Assembly (NCBI GenBank): GCA_964016885.1
Contig: OZ024747.1
Coordinates: 31,000,001 to 31,064,000, forward strand
DNA length: 64,000 nt
Direction of reading: 5' to 3'
Origin: Eledone cirrhosa
Lineage: Eukaryota
The number at the start of each line of letters is the position of its first letter. The stretch's first letter is position 1. The notes under the pieces are model-generated. The model searched no databases. It saw only the letters and a list, made by a program, of their open reading frames with translations, and was not told where the DNA came from. The translations under genes were made by a program, and so were the position numbers. Positions 63,605-64,000 of this stretch are shown here, one piece after another.

Positions 63605-64000
63605 TCACGTTGGACAACATTGTGATGGCTACGACGAAATCCATGGAGGCTATGGGTTTGGTACTAGAAATGTGGAAGGCTCCAGAACCCTGGAATTCTG
63701 TGATGCAAATAACCTAACTATCTGTAACACTAACTTCAAAAAACGTGACAATCACCTGATCACCTATAGATCCGGGGAACACACAAGCCAGGTAGATTAT
63801 ATCCTTACCAGAAGACGTGACAGAGTGTCTGTTGTAAACACCAAATCCCTCCCCCATGAAGAATGCACCTCCCAACATAGACTGATAATTAGCGACCTCA
63901 TAGTCAGGACGAGACGTACTCAACAGCAGAAGAGGACTATCCTCAGGAGAAAAATATGGAAGCTAAAGGACCCCACAGCCAGGAATAAATTTCAAAGCAT
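63600..64000 (+). mobile_element. RTE AP-endonuclease segment (runs off the window)
   Basis: Open frame GHVGQHCDGYDEIHGGYGFGTRNVEG...ICNTNFKK..HLITYRSG...QVDYIL...SQHRLIISD. Confidence 0.88.

Overview
This is AT-rich, repeat-saturated animal genomic DNA. The mix of (TA)n microsatellites, RTE LINEs and tRNA-derived SINEs suggests a cephalopod such as Octopus (inference). The only host coding sequence I can support is one 248-bp minus-strand exon (61007-61254) encoding part of a CUB domain, resembling SOL-1. The rest is probably intron, filled with decayed RTE, CR1/L2-like and R4-like LINEs, two SINE families, a non-autonomous Helitron, a hAT-like MITE and Penelope-like elements (PLEs). The ORF track misses the main signal: more than 15 intact or decayed hammerhead ribozyme (HHR) motifs, mostly in short non-coding inverted or tandem PLE-terminal-repeat-like elements inserted in (TA)n. 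These include a young 466-nt retrozyme-like unit. Three copies of one repeat family carry a hammerhead-like motif whose strands are in a non-circularly permuted, pseudoknotted order with compensatory base changes; this is the best candidate for something undescribed. All structures were read by eye, and repeat boundaries are approximate.
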